The position numbers were made by a program, and so were the translations under genes. The notes beneath the pieces are model-generated. The model ran no database searches, was not told the origin of the DNA, and saw nothing but the letters and a program-made list of their open reading frames with translations. Below, piece after piece: positions 37,184 through 46,701 of a stretch of 64,000 nt of DNA (its first letter is position 1; each line of letters opens with the position of its first letter). The DNA is from Clostridiaceae bacterium (GTDB lineage Bacteria; Bacillota; Clostridia; Saccharofermentanales; DTU023): contig JAAYRL010000051.1 of assembly GCA_012518795.1 (NCBI GenBank), forward strand, positions 89 through 64,088, in the 5' to 3' direction.

Positions 37184-37930
37184 CTATTTAGGAAAAGTAT
37201 ATCTAGGAAGTCCTTTGCTGTGTTGGCCGTATTCAATCGCTTCCTTGGGACAGCGGCAAATACAAGCCATACAATGTGTGCAGTTATCCGACCAGCTTGG
37301 CTTGCCGTCTATAAGTTGAATATTATTAAGAGGACAGACCTTTTCACACAAGCCACAGGAAATACAGGTTTCAGTCACATAGAATTTTTTGGCGTGTACG
37401 AAAAGAGGATAAAACAGGTTATTTACAATTCCGCTACTCATTTTATCAATTAAGGAGAGCTGCGGTTCAGGAAAATTTCTTCCCGATTTAATAAATTCAA
37501 TCGCTTTGTCTATCTCTGCTTCTGCTTTTGCAATAATAGAAATTGCTTCGTCCTTTGTCGGAGTAGAAAACATTGCAATGTAGTTTTCAGGCATAATAAT
37601 CCTATAACAGCCTAAATAATTCATCTGTATTTTTGAACAGAGTGCTTTCAGATATTTTCCGGCATTACCGATGCTGTCTCCGCAGGTCATTACAAAGTAA
37701 ATTTCCCTGCTCCCGGACAACACCGTTTGTTCCAGCAATTTTTCTAAAATACGCGGTATTCTCCAAGCGTATGTTGGAGTAACCACAATCCACGGCTTCT
37801 CGGAATGCAATTCAGAATAATCGTTATCTCTTATTCTTTGGAAAAGATTATTGGCTTCTTCTTCGATTTCATAAGATATTCTGTTGGCAACATACTCACT
37901 ATTACCCGTTCCTGTAAAGTATAGAATCAT
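37184..37930 (-). CDS. Flavodoxin-like domain fused to 2x[4Fe-4S] ferredoxin (EFR1 family)
   Basis: N-terminal ILYFTGTGNSEYVA and a C-terminal CISCGLCEKVCP ... CTHCMACICRCP. Confidence 0.8.
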   Translation of the reverse strand: MILYFTGTGNSEYVANRISYEIEEEANNLFQRIRDNDYSELHSEKPWIVVTPTYAWRIPRILEKLLEQTVLSGSREIYFVMTCGDSIGNAGKYLKALCSKIQMNYLGCYRIIMPENYIAMFSTPTKDEAISIIAKAEAEIDKAIEFIKSGRNFPEPQLSLIDKMSSGIVNNLFYPLFVHAKKFYVTETCISCGLCEKVCPLNNIQLIDGKPSWSDNCTHCMACICRCPKEAIEYGQHSKGLPRYTFPK

Positions 37931-38071
37931 TGACTTTCCTCCTGTTTCAGGGAAAATTGTCCTATCAACTCTACCTTGTTCGTTTTCATTCTGTCAACTA
38001 GACCCTCGTTTTTACTCGAAACAAGTACACAATTCAACTTTAATAAGATTATTTTATCAATGACATAATTG

Positions 38072-38080
38072 TGGTATAAT
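38072..38080 (+). promoter_or_regulatory. Extended -10 promoter element of the toxin-antitoxin operon
   Basis: TGgTATAAT lies 25 nt upstream of the antitoxin ATG. AAAGGAG is the SD at 38090-38096. Confidence 0.5.
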
Positions 38081-38104
38081 AATGTCACGAAAGGAGTTGA
38101 CATT

Positions 38105-38365
38105 ATGCCACGTATTATTCCAATCCGCGACCTGAAAGATACCTCCGCTATTTCTCAACTATGCAACGAATCTGAAGAACCGATTTATATTACAAAAAAC
38201 GGCTATGGTGATATGGTCATTATGAGCATGAAGGTTTATAGAGAAAAACTTCTGATGCTGGATATTTATGACAAACTGTCCGCCGCAGAAAATGAAGTCA
38301 AGACCGGTAAGGTGTCTGATGCCCGTATTTCCCTTGCAGAGATGAGACGGAAGTATGAACTATAA
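38105..38365 (+). CDS. Type II antitoxin, Phd/YefM family
   Basis: MPRIIPIRDLKDTSAISQLCNESEEPIYITKNGYGDMVIMS. The start at 38105 has a good SD. It overlaps the toxin gene by 11 nt. Confidence 0.85.
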   Translation: MPRIIPIRDLKDTSAISQLCNESEEPIYITKNGYGDMVIMSMKVYREKLLMLDIYDKLSAAENEVKTGKVSDARISLAEMRRKYEL

Positions 38366-38666
38366 TATTTCTGTTACCAATCTGGCGATGCATGATTTGG
38401 CAAATATCACAAGATATATTTCCGAAGAACTTTGCAACCCAACTGCAGCCACTTCCCTTTTGGATACAATAGATGACTGTTATAAAAACTTGGAAACAAT
38501 GCCTATGATGTTTGAACGATGCAACAATTCCAGGCTACGAGATATGGGCTATCGGCGTGCAGTCATTAAGAATTATATTATGGTTTACAGAATCGCAGAA
38601 TCAGAACGCACTGTATATATACTGCGCTTTTTCTATGGAGCACAAGAATATGAAAAACTAATTTAA
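38355..38666 (+). CDS. Type II toxin, RelE/ParE family
   Basis: 103 aa with a C-terminal ...YIMVYRIAESERTVYILRFFYGAQEYEKLI typical of ParE/RelE-fold toxins. Operon position directly after a Phd-type antitoxin. Confidence 0.8.
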   Translation: MNYNISVTNLAMHDLANITRYISEELCNPTAATSLLDTIDDCYKNLETMPMMFERCNNSRLRDMGYRRAVIKNYIMVYRIAESERTVYILRFFYGAQEYEKLI

Positions 38667-38678
38667 CCATACAACCCT

Positions 38679-40175
38679 TTAACCATTCAATCGTGACATC
38701 AACACTATGCATTCAACATGCATTGTCCAGGGAAACATGTCAATCGGTTGAATGATTTTGATTTGCCATTTATCTTTGAGCAGTTTAAGGTCACGTGCCA
38801 GAGTCCCCGGATGACAGGACACATAAATCAGATTAGATGCTTTACTTTGGTTCAAAGTCTTAATCAAGGCTTTGTCTAATCCTTTGCGTGGCGGATCTAC
38901 AATGATAAAATCCTGTTCCGATATTTGTTGCTGTTTGAGCCATTCTTCTGCTTTATCGAGGTAATATTCGGCATTGGTGATTGAATTTAATATCGCATTC
39001 TGTTTGGCATTTTGGACTGAACTTGGAAAACTTTCAACGCCTTTTATCTCCTTGAACAGGTCAGATAAAATTATACCGATTGTTCCTGTTCCGCAATATA
39101 GATCATATAAAGTCCCGGATTTTATATTCAAATTATTATTTTCTTGTCGATCATAAAAATTATTCAGATAATTATTTGAGCTTTTCAAAGCATCAATCAC
39201 AAATTCACGTATTATACGAAACATTACTTCAGTTTGTTTGGTGTTGACTTGGAAAAAAGAGCGTGGATAAATTTGAAAATGTTTCTCTAAGATAATTTCG
39301 GTAAAATATTCTTCACCTAAAAGATGTTGATCATTCTGACTGTTTTCTTGATCTAGTAACCACAAGCTTTGCAAAGTATAGTTTTCAGACAATCCGGACA
39401 ATTCCGAATTTATCGCATCAAAGATTTCTTGCCAAATCAACTTGAATTCAGCTTTTAATAAAGACTTATCAATATTAGTAAAGCTGAATGCAATTAGAAC
39501 TTCTTTACTATTCTCACCTGTACGAATGATTAATTCATCCCAAAATTCAATTAAATATTTCTGCAATTCCGGTTCTGCTTGTGATAATTTTTGATTGATT
39601 GTTTGTTTAATAATTTGGTCCGTAGTTTGCGAAATTAAGCATTGCTTGTGCACAATGATATCGTTAGATTTTTGTGCATAAAAGCCGAATTCATATTGTT
39701 TGGTTGTTGTATTATAACTAACTTTCAATTGAACATTGTTGCGATAATGCCGGGGATTATGCATGCCGATGATTGATTTGAAATCAATTTCAGTTAAATT
39801 GAGCTGAGCAATTCGTTCCAATTGACTGCACAAAATGTTCTCTTTCACCGAAATCAAATCAGCATAATTTAATGCTTGTACCTGGCAACCGCCACAACCT
39901 GAATTTCTCGATAAAACAGTTGAAGAATCCGCTTTAACCGAATCAAGCAATGGATCATAAAAATACGGGCAAGGAGCACTTTGTCGGTTTACTGATTTTT
40001 CAACGATAGCTACATTTTTTGCCTGCCAAATATTCTTTTTCAGTGGCAAAAGTTCAGCTTTAATTACATCTCCGGGAACTGAATACGGAACAAAAACAAC
40101 TTGTCCTTGTGCAGTTTTTGCCAGACCATCACCTTGATCAGTCAAATCAATAATTTGCAAAATATGTTCAATCAT
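38679..40175 (-). CDS. 23S rRNA (uracil-C5)-methyltransferase, RumA/RlmD(CD) family (TRAM + SAM MTase)
   Basis: N-terminal TRAM-like domain, Fe-S Cys cluster (C...CGGCQVQ), SAM motif DLYCGTGTIG, and catalytic YVSCHPGTLARD. Confidence 0.85.
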   Translation of the reverse strand: MIEHILQIIDLTDQGDGLAKTAQGQVVFVPYSVPGDVIKAELLPLKKNIWQAKNVAIVEKSVNRQSAPCPYFYDPLLDSVKADSSTVLSRNSGCGGCQVQALNYADLISVKENILCSQLERIAQLNLTEIDFKSIIGMHNPRHYRNNVQLKVSYNTTTKQYEFGFYAQKSNDIIVHKQCLISQTTDQIIKQTINQKLSQAEPELQKYLIEFWDELIIRTGENSKEVLIAFSFTNIDKSLLKAEFKLIWQEIFDAINSELSGLSENYTLQSLWLLDQENSQNDQHLLGEEYFTEIILEKHFQIYPRSFFQVNTKQTEVMFRIIREFVIDALKSSNNYLNNFYDRQENNNLNIKSGTLYDLYCGTGTIGIILSDLFKEIKGVESFPSSVQNAKQNAILNSITNAEYYLDKAEEWLKQQQISEQDFIIVDPPRKGLDKALIKTLNQSKASNLIYVSCHPGTLARDLKLLKDKWQIKIIQPIDMFPWTMHVECIVLMSRLNG

Positions 40176-40196
40176 AGAAGTTTATCTTATATCGCA

Positions 40197-41222
40197 CTAA
40201 TTCAAGTACACTTCACGTAAAATGTCAACACATTCATATACACTCATGTTTGGTGTTAATTCAGGCCGATAGACAAATTCTAAAAGCAACCAGTCAATCG
40301 GCATCAGCTCTTGAGTCGTTGTCCAATTCTGCTGAAATAAACTGTCTTCATAACGATAGGAATCATTAGGTAAACCCAGAGCTTGAATAAATTCTTCCAT
40401 AATCAGATGGTTCATTCCTTCACGATCCGGATAATCATTAGATACCGCCATGCGGGCATAATAATTGTATCCGTATTCATCATGCCAATGCACCACAAAA
40501 CCCCAGTTGTTCTCAACATAATATCCTTCGAAAATGTCATCAAAATCATCCAGCGGTGCAATATGAAATTCAAAATTATAATCGACAGATCCTGCTTCCG
40601 CATATTGAATTTCAAGACCGGTCAGCGTTTCAACTGCAGGAATGATCAGATCTAGTCTGGCAAAATCATCTGAGGTCGGCTCGCCAAAAGTACCAATTCT
40701 AATCGGTATCCTTGTATCCCAACGGTTTAATACTTCCGGTACTAAAGGATCAAATTCATTTCCTCCGGCTATTTCCGGGAAATATTCTAAAGCATCTTCA
40801 ATAAATTGCGGATCGAACTGATCGCGTCGATCATATAACGGTCCATTGGCAATAATATCTTCTCTGGTAAAACTCTCCGCTTTTAACAAACCTTCTCTTT
40901 GATCAGTTGTCTCTGTCGTAGTGTCTGTTGTCACTTCAGTTGCGAGTGAAGTTGATTCTTGAGGTTCTGCTGTACCTCGTATATTGGGTACAAAAACGGT
41001 CTCTTTTCCCGAATCTTCTTTTATCGTTTCTAGTGTTGTTTTTGTCGATTCTTTGGTTGTTGTAGTTTCAATTGTTGTTTCCGATGTTTCAAAAGATGTT
41101 ATCGCCTCAAGAGCTTTGCCTAGTTCCTCCAAATCATCGATGAGCTTTGCACAACCGCTCGTATTTATAATGATGAAAATAATACTAAACAGCATCACTA
41201 AATATTTTTTTGCTTTTTTCAT
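40197..41222 (-). CDS. Predicted lipoprotein of unknown function
   Basis: Lipobox INTSGC. A Thr/Glu-rich linker (~100 aa). A C-terminal ~220 aa globular domain containing NHLIMEEFIQALGLPNDS. I cannot place the family with confidence. Confidence 0.5.
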   Translation of the reverse strand: MKKAKKYLVMLFSIIFIIINTSGCAKLIDDLEELGKALEAITSFETSETTIETTTTKESTKTTLETIKEDSGKETVFVPNIRGTAEPQESTSLATEVTTDTTTETTDQREGLLKAESFTREDIIANGPLYDRRDQFDPQFIEDALEYFPEIAGGNEFDPLVPEVLNRWDTRIPIRIGTFGEPTSDDFARLDLIIPAVETLTGLEIQYAEAGSVDYNFEFHIAPLDDFDDIFEGYYVENNWGFVVHWHDEYGYNYYARMAVSNDYPDREGMNHLIMEEFIQALGLPNDSYRYEDSLFQQNWTTTQELMPIDWLLLEFVYRPELTPNMSVYECVDILREVYLN

Positions 41223-41392
41223 GCTATTACCTCAAAATATATTCTAAATATTATGGTTTAAGCCAAATTAATTATACCCTATAATAAATTATATTGATTC
41301 AAATCATCTAAATGAAGTTATCAATTGTAGGAAAACTGTTTTGTTCTCATCCCTCAAGCTTATATGCTAATGAAAACTTATCGGAGGAAACA

Positions 41393-42229
41393 ATGGAAAA
41401 ATTTAACCTTGAATACTATCAAAAAAGTGCCGATTATATCCTAAAACATATTACTGAACGTCCTAAAATTGCAATTATTCTGGGCTCAGCTTTAGGTGGA
41501 GTTGCCGAGCGAGTTGAAAATAAAATCACAATATCATATAAAGATATTCCTAATATGCTTCGCTCCACTGCTCCTGCACATAAGGGTGAATATGTTTTCG
41601 GAAATATCGGACAACAATCGGTAATGATTGCTTCCGGTCGTTTCCATCATTATGAAGGTTACAGCTATGAGCAACTTGCCGGTCCGATCAGAATCATGAA
41701 GTTATTGGGAGTTAAAGCATTAATCGTGACTAATGCCGCAGGTGCTGTTAATCTTGATTATTCCGTCGGCGACATAATGTTGATTGAAGATCACATTAAA
41801 TTAAACGGTTATAGTCCGATGCGCGGTCCTAACATAGATGAGTTCGGTCCTCGTTTTTTTGATTGCACATATATTTACAAGCCGCAATTACTTGATTTAG
41901 CAAGAAGCAGAGCCAAGGCTTTGAACTTAGAAGATATCCTGCAACAAGGAGTTTACTACTTCTGCCCCGGACCGAATTTCGAGACTCCGGCGGAAATTCG
42001 AGCTATTCGTATTTTAGGCGGTGATGCGGTCGGTATGTCTACTGTTACCGAAACATTAACTGCGGCTCATTGTGGTATAGATGTTCTGGGATTATCAATG
42101 ATTACAAACATGGCAGCCGGTGTCACCGCTGATTTGCAGTCTGGCCAGGACGTAATTGACACAGGCAAAAAAACCGCCGGGATCGTTGCAGATTTCATTT
42201 GCGATATTGTTGAGCATTTAGAAAAATAA
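41393..42229 (+). CDS. punA: Purine nucleoside phosphorylase (trimeric PNP/PunA type)
   Basis: ORF 41312..42229. Start moved to MEKFNLEYY (GGAGGA upstream). Motifs GSALGG, GRFHHYEGY, TNAAGAVN and GMSTVTE. Confidence 0.88.
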   Translation: MEKFNLEYYQKSADYILKHITERPKIAIILGSALGGVAERVENKITISYKDIPNMLRSTAPAHKGEYVFGNIGQQSVMIASGRFHHYEGYSYEQLAGPIRIMKLLGVKALIVTNAAGAVNLDYSVGDIMLIEDHIKLNGYSPMRGPNIDEFGPRFFDCTYIYKPQLLDLARSRAKALNLEDILQQGVYYFCPGPNFETPAEIRAIRILGGDAVGMSTVTETLTAAHCGIDVLGLSMITNMAAGVTADLQSGQDVIDTGKKTAGIVADFICDIVEHLEK

Positions 42230-42332
42230 TGCAAATAATATTTCTCAATTTTAAAATATTAAAATAATTCGTTTCTTGTTTTGTTTGCTATCTTGTTAGA
42301 ACAAATGCTCAGAAAGATATTAATTGTAACAA

Positions 42333-43220
42333 ATGTTTATGGAAAAACTTAAAAACAACATCCACGATATAGCGTTAATATTTGAGGGAGGTGGCATGCG
42401 TGCCAGTTTCAGCTCCGGTGTACTCAATGTATTGTTAGAAGAAAAATATTATTTCGATTATGTTTGCGGAGTTTCGGCCGGAGCTTCTTGTACTGTCAAC
42501 TATCTTTCGCGTGATCCGAAACGTGCCAAAGAATCTTTTATTGACATTGTTAAATACCCTGAATTTGGTGGCTGGAAACATTTTATAAAAGGTAATGGTT
42601 TCTTTAACGCTAAGTGGATTTATGAAGAAACCTGTCACAGTGTTTTGCCCTTTGACATCTCAACTTTTAATGCTAATCCGGCTCGCATGAAAATCAGTGC
42701 AATCGAAGCGAATTCAGCTTTACCGCAATTCTGGGATAAAATCCGGCTCACTAAACTTGAAGATTTGGTTCAAGTGGTAAGGGCTTCGTCCACTCTGCCC
42801 ATTTTGATGCCACCTTTAAAAATTGATGGAAAAATTTATTATGACGGCGGTTTACAAAACGGTATAGAGCTGGAAACTGCAAAAAATGACGGTATGACCC
42901 GTTTTGTTGTCGTATTGACTCGTGAAAAGAATTATCGAAAAACCATACAATCGCATCGACCCTTACTGCGTTTTTATTTAAGACATTATCCAAAATTGTT
43001 AAATCTGCTTGATCAGCGCCATCTTAATTATAATAAAACTCTGGATGAACTTTCAGCATTGGAAAAATCCGGTCAGGCTTTTTTAATCTATCCGGAAAAA
43101 ATGCCAATAAATAGCAGCTGTCGAGATTTGGCTGCTTTAGAAGCCAATTATCAACAAGGCTATCGTCAGGCTCAGCAACTTCTGCCTGATCTTGAAAAAT
43201 TTATCATGAAAACTAACTAA
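42333..43220 (+). CDS. Patatin-like phospholipase
   Basis: Oxyanion GGGMRASF, nucleophile elbow GVSAGA, and catalytic DGG. Confidence 0.88.
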   Translation: MFMEKLKNNIHDIALIFEGGGMRASFSSGVLNVLLEEKYYFDYVCGVSAGASCTVNYLSRDPKRAKESFIDIVKYPEFGGWKHFIKGNGFFNAKWIYEETCHSVLPFDISTFNANPARMKISAIEANSALPQFWDKIRLTKLEDLVQVVRASSTLPILMPPLKIDGKIYYDGGLQNGIELETAKNDGMTRFVVVLTREKNYRKTIQSHRPLLRFYLRHYPKLLNLLDQRHLNYNKTLDELSALEKSGQAFLIYPEKMPINSSCRDLAALEANYQQGYRQAQQLLPDLEKFIMKTN

Positions 43221-43244
43221 AGTAAAAAGAAATTGTTATCCGCT

Positions 43245-43519
43245 TCGGGTGCCGAATAATCATTGATTTTTTCCATGACTAAAGTTGAGAGCGGACTGAT
43301 GTTAATCCTATTGCTGCCTTCTTCCAATTCCAGAATTCTCGGTTCATCTACAAAGTATCCATTATCCGCAAAATAAATTTTATAGGTTCCGGCATCAATC
43401 AAGGTCGAACTGAAGCCTTCGTAGGAATTAAAGAATACCCAAAAATCAAATCTGAAATCGTTTAAATTCTATTCGCGTGCCCAACATAGAACACTGTCCG
43501 TAATATATTTACTGACCAT
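43245..43519 (-). pseudogene. Two fused fragments of a pullulanase gene (3' end plus an internal piece)
   Basis: 43245-43449 matches 52613-52817 (205 bp, 4 mismatches by my count). 43449-43519 matches 53531-53601 (71 bp, about 8 mismatches). Track ORF 43217..43402 translates to ...YKIYFADNGYFVDEPRILELEEGSNRINISPLSTLVMEKINDYSAP, a copy of the PulA C-terminus. Confidence 0.9.
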
Positions 43520-43530
43520 TGTCTTTCAAC

Positions 43531-43627
43531 AAAATGTTTCCAGCCACCAAATTCAGGGTATTTAACAATATCAAGAAAAGACTTTTTGGTTCGCTCCTGA
43601 TCACACGAAAGATAATTGACAGTACAA
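43531..43627 (-). pseudogene. Inverted, diverged fragment of a patatin-like gene
   Basis: The reverse complement aligns to 42488-42584 without gaps at roughly 80-85% identity. It translates as CDQERTKKSFLDIVKYPEFGGWKHF, against the resident RDPKRAKESFIDIVKYPEFGGWKHF. Confidence 0.85.
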
Positions 43628-43873
43628 TATTATTGAAAAATACAAGACAAGGGAGAGTCGTTTTGTACTAAATATATTGTAGCAGGAAAAAAACAGGTCA
43701 GCATTTAATGTTAGAATGTCTTAATTTTGATTTCATGTATTCTTATATTATTCTTTCTATATTTTTAGTTTTTACCAACAGTATTTCCTAATTTAGAAAA
43801 CAATATAACAAGATATTGTTCTAAATCAGGATATTGAGGTTTTTATTGCAAAACATGATTTTAATAAAAGTAA

Positions 43874-45043
43874 TCATGATTCAACTTGTACTCTGTTTTT
43901 TGAAACTACGTCAAAAATCACAGCTGCTAAAAGAACAAAACCTTTAACTGCCATTTGCCAATTAGCATCTATACCAAGTATAGACATCCCGTTGTTGAGT
44001 ATTCCCATGAAAACACCACCTATAACAGCTCCTCTTACCGTTCCTATTCCTCCATACGCTGAAGCACCACCTATGTAACAAGCCGCAATTGCGTCCATTT
44101 CATAACTGCTCCCTGCAGAAGGTGCCGCTGAGTTGAATCGTGCTACTGAAACCAATGCTGTTATAGCAGATAAAAAACCCATATTTGTGTAAGCTAAGAA
44201 TGTAATTCCTTTGGTATTTACTCCAGATAAAGCAGCCGCCTGGTAGTTTCCACCAACTGCATATAGATGTCTTCCATAAACTGTTCTTGATGTAAAATAG
44301 TGATATACAAAAACTATAATAGACAAAATAATCAATATTGCCGGAATGCCTTTATCTTTTCCTAATAAAATTGAAGCCCCAATAATCACAAGCGAAATTA
44401 AAATTTTTCTAACAATAAACGACGAAAACGAAATTATTTTATAGCCTATACTTTTCTTACGTAATCTGAAAACTAATGAAACTACAAATATAGTAACACT
44501 TAACAGTATGCCTACTGTAAGCGTAAATACGAATCTTATTTCCGGATTACTTGGTATAAAACTGTTGAAATATTTCAAGTAGGATTGCGGAAAAGGAGAT
44601 ATTGTTAAACCATCCAATATTATCCATGCAAATCCTCTAAATGTAAGCATACCAGCCAAGGTAGCTATAAAAGCCGGTACATTGACATATGCTATCCAAA
44701 ATCCTTGCCATGCTCCTAAAAGAATCCCAACAATTAGGCATAGGAATATAGACAAGTGTATATTAAGACCTTGTCTTACAATCAACGTACCAGCAAGTGC
44801 ACCTACTAAAGCAACCATACTTCCTGTAGATAAATCAACATTGCCTCCGGTAAGAATACATAAGAGCATTCCGGTAGATAGAATTACTACGTAAGCATTC
44901 TGACTTATCAAGTTAGTAATATTTGCCGGAGTAAATAGAGAACTGCTTCCACTTCTAGTTATAAGGAATTGAAATATTAAAGTTACAATAATTAAAATTA
45001 ATAACATTGTGTTCTTTCGTATAACTTGCTTAATTTTTTCCAT
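43874..45043 (-). CDS. Monosaccharide ABC transporter permease (GguB/XylH-like)
   Basis: 389 aa with ~10 TM helices, in the family of ribose/xylose-type permeases. Last gene of the sugar operon. Confidence 0.85.
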   Translation of the reverse strand: MEKIKQVIRKNTMLLILIIVTLIFQFLITRSGSSSLFTPANITNLISQNAYVVILSTGMLLCILTGGNVDLSTGSMVALVGALAGTLIVRQGLNIHLSIFLCLIVGILLGAWQGFWIAYVNVPAFIATLAGMLTFRGFAWIILDGLTISPFPQSYLKYFNSFIPSNPEIRFVFTLTVGILLSVTIFVVSLVFRLRKKSIGYKIISFSSFIVRKILISLVIIGASILLGKDKGIPAILIILSIIVFVYHYFTSRTVYGRHLYAVGGNYQAAALSGVNTKGITFLAYTNMGFLSAITALVSVARFNSAAPSAGSSYEMDAIAACYIGGASAYGGIGTVRGAVIGGVFMGILNNGMSILGIDANWQMAVKGFVLLAAVIFDVVSKNRVQVES

Positions 45044-45045
45044 CT

Positions 45046-46584
45046 CTACAATACTCCTTTATCTGACCTTAAAATACTTGACATTATCATCTCTTGACTT
45101 AGATTTATATTCTCATGCTCAGCTACAAATCTCCCCTGATTCATAACATAAATACGATCACACATTCCTAGTAATTCAGACATATCACTTGAAATCAAAA
45201 TAATACTTTTCTTTTGTTCCACCATTTCATTTATCAGAGTATAAATCTCATATTTTGCACCAACATCTATTCCTCTCGTTGGTTCATCCAAAATAAGTAT
45301 TGTTGGTTCAATAAACAACCATTTACTAAGAAGTACTTTTTGTTGATTTCCACCTGACAATACATTTATATGCTGGTCTATACCCGTAGAGCGAATATTT
45401 AATTTACTTCTATACTCTTCTGCAATCTCTACTTCCGCATCTGCATCTATAATCGAATTTTTACTAATGCTTTTTAAATTTGTTAAGCTTATATTATGTT
45501 TAATAGTTTCATCTAGTAATAAACCTTTACCTTTCCGATCTTCTGTTACATATGCCAAACCATTATTAATTGCATCTTTTACATTGTTTAAAACTACTTC
45601 TTTCCCATCAATAAACAAATTACCGGATATGTTTTTTCCATAACTTTTTCCAAATAAACTCATAGCAAATTCAGTTCGTCCGGAACCCATTAATCCGCTA
45701 ATTCCTACAATTTCTCCTTCACGAACATTCATGTTGATGTTGTCGCATATTTTCCTTTTTGATAAAACCGGATGATAAACAGTCCAATTCTTTACGGATA
45801 AAACTTCATTTCCTATATCTACAGATCTGTTAGGAAATCTATCAGATAGTTCTCTACCTACCATACCTTTTACGATTCTAGGTTCTGAGATATCATCAAT
45901 CCCCTTTTTTAAAGTTTCTATTGTAGAGCCATCTCTCAGAATAGTTAATGTATCTGCAACTTGTTCAATTTCATTTAATTTATGTGATATTAAAATAGAA
46001 GTAATTCCTTGTTGTTTTAAATCTAAGATTAATTTCAACAAATTTTGTGAATCTTCATCATTCAACGCAGCCGTTGGTTCATCTAAAATTAATAGTTGAA
46101 CATTTTTTGCCAAAGCTTTTGCTAACTCAACCAGTTGTTGCTGCCCTACACTCAAATCTTGAATTAAGCTTTTCGCAGAAACATTTAGACCAACTTTTTT
46201 TAAAAAGTTTTCACTTTCTACATAGGTTTTATCCCAATCAATATTGAACAAAGAGCCTTGTTCATTCCCTAAAAACATATTTTCAGCTATTGATAACTGT
46301 GGAATCAAAGCTAATTCTTGATGAATAAATACTATGCCTTTGTTTTCACTGTCATTTATGCTTTCAAATTTACACTTTTCTTTATTGTAAAAAAATTCAC
46401 CTTCATATGTTCCATAGGGATGCAATCCACTTAAAACATTCATTAGTGTAGATTTACCGGCACCATTTTCTCCAACAATTGCATGTATATCTCCCCTTGT
46501 AACTTCTAAGTTAACATCTTGCAATGCTATTACACCCGGGAATTTTTTCGTAATATTTTTCATTACTAGGATTTTGTTTTCCAT
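45046..46584 (-). CDS. Monosaccharide ABC transporter ATP-binding protein, duplicated ATPase (GguA/XylG-like)
   Basis: Two nucleotide-binding domains: GENGAGKST/LILDEPT and a second with LSGGNQQK/LILDEPTRGID. YGTYEGE is a GguA-like insert. Confidence 0.9.
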   Translation of the reverse strand: MENKILVMKNITKKFPGVIALQDVNLEVTRGDIHAIVGENGAGKSTLMNVLSGLHPYGTYEGEFFYNKEKCKFESINDSENKGIVFIHQELALIPQLSIAENMFLGNEQGSLFNIDWDKTYVESENFLKKVGLNVSAKSLIQDLSVGQQQLVELAKALAKNVQLLILDEPTAALNDEDSQNLLKLILDLKQQGITSILISHKLNEIEQVADTLTILRDGSTIETLKKGIDDISEPRIVKGMVGRELSDRFPNRSVDIGNEVLSVKNWTVYHPVLSKRKICDNINMNVREGEIVGISGLMGSGRTEFAMSLFGKSYGKNISGNLFIDGKEVVLNNVKDAINNGLAYVTEDRKGKGLLLDETIKHNISLTNLKSISKNSIIDADAEVEIAEEYRSKLNIRSTGIDQHINVLSGGNQQKVLLSKWLFIEPTILILDEPTRGIDVGAKYEIYTLINEMVEQKKSIILISSDMSELLGMCDRIYVMNQGRFVAEHENINLSQEMIMSSILRSDKGVL

Positions 46585-46607
46585 TTTTTCCTTGATTATC
46601 TAAAATA

Positions 46608-46641
46608 TTTTATTAAGGTGGTAATTACCACCTTAATAAAA
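46608..46641. repeat. 34-bp perfect palindrome between the binding-protein and ATPase genes (intercistronic stem-loop)
   Basis: TTTTATTAAGGTGGTAA|TTACCACCTTAATAAAA forms a 17-bp perfect stem on either strand. Confidence 0.9.
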
Positions 46642-46701
46642 CAAACTTTACTTAATATTATTTAACTTGCGTGTGTTTTCATTTTGTACATTTTGATGGT
46701 T

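Noticed and set aside
43217-43402. ORF 43217..43402 (-) as a real 61-aa gene
   Set aside because: It is a near-identical copy of the C-terminal coding region of pulA, with no start context of its own. I interpret it as a pseudogene fragment.
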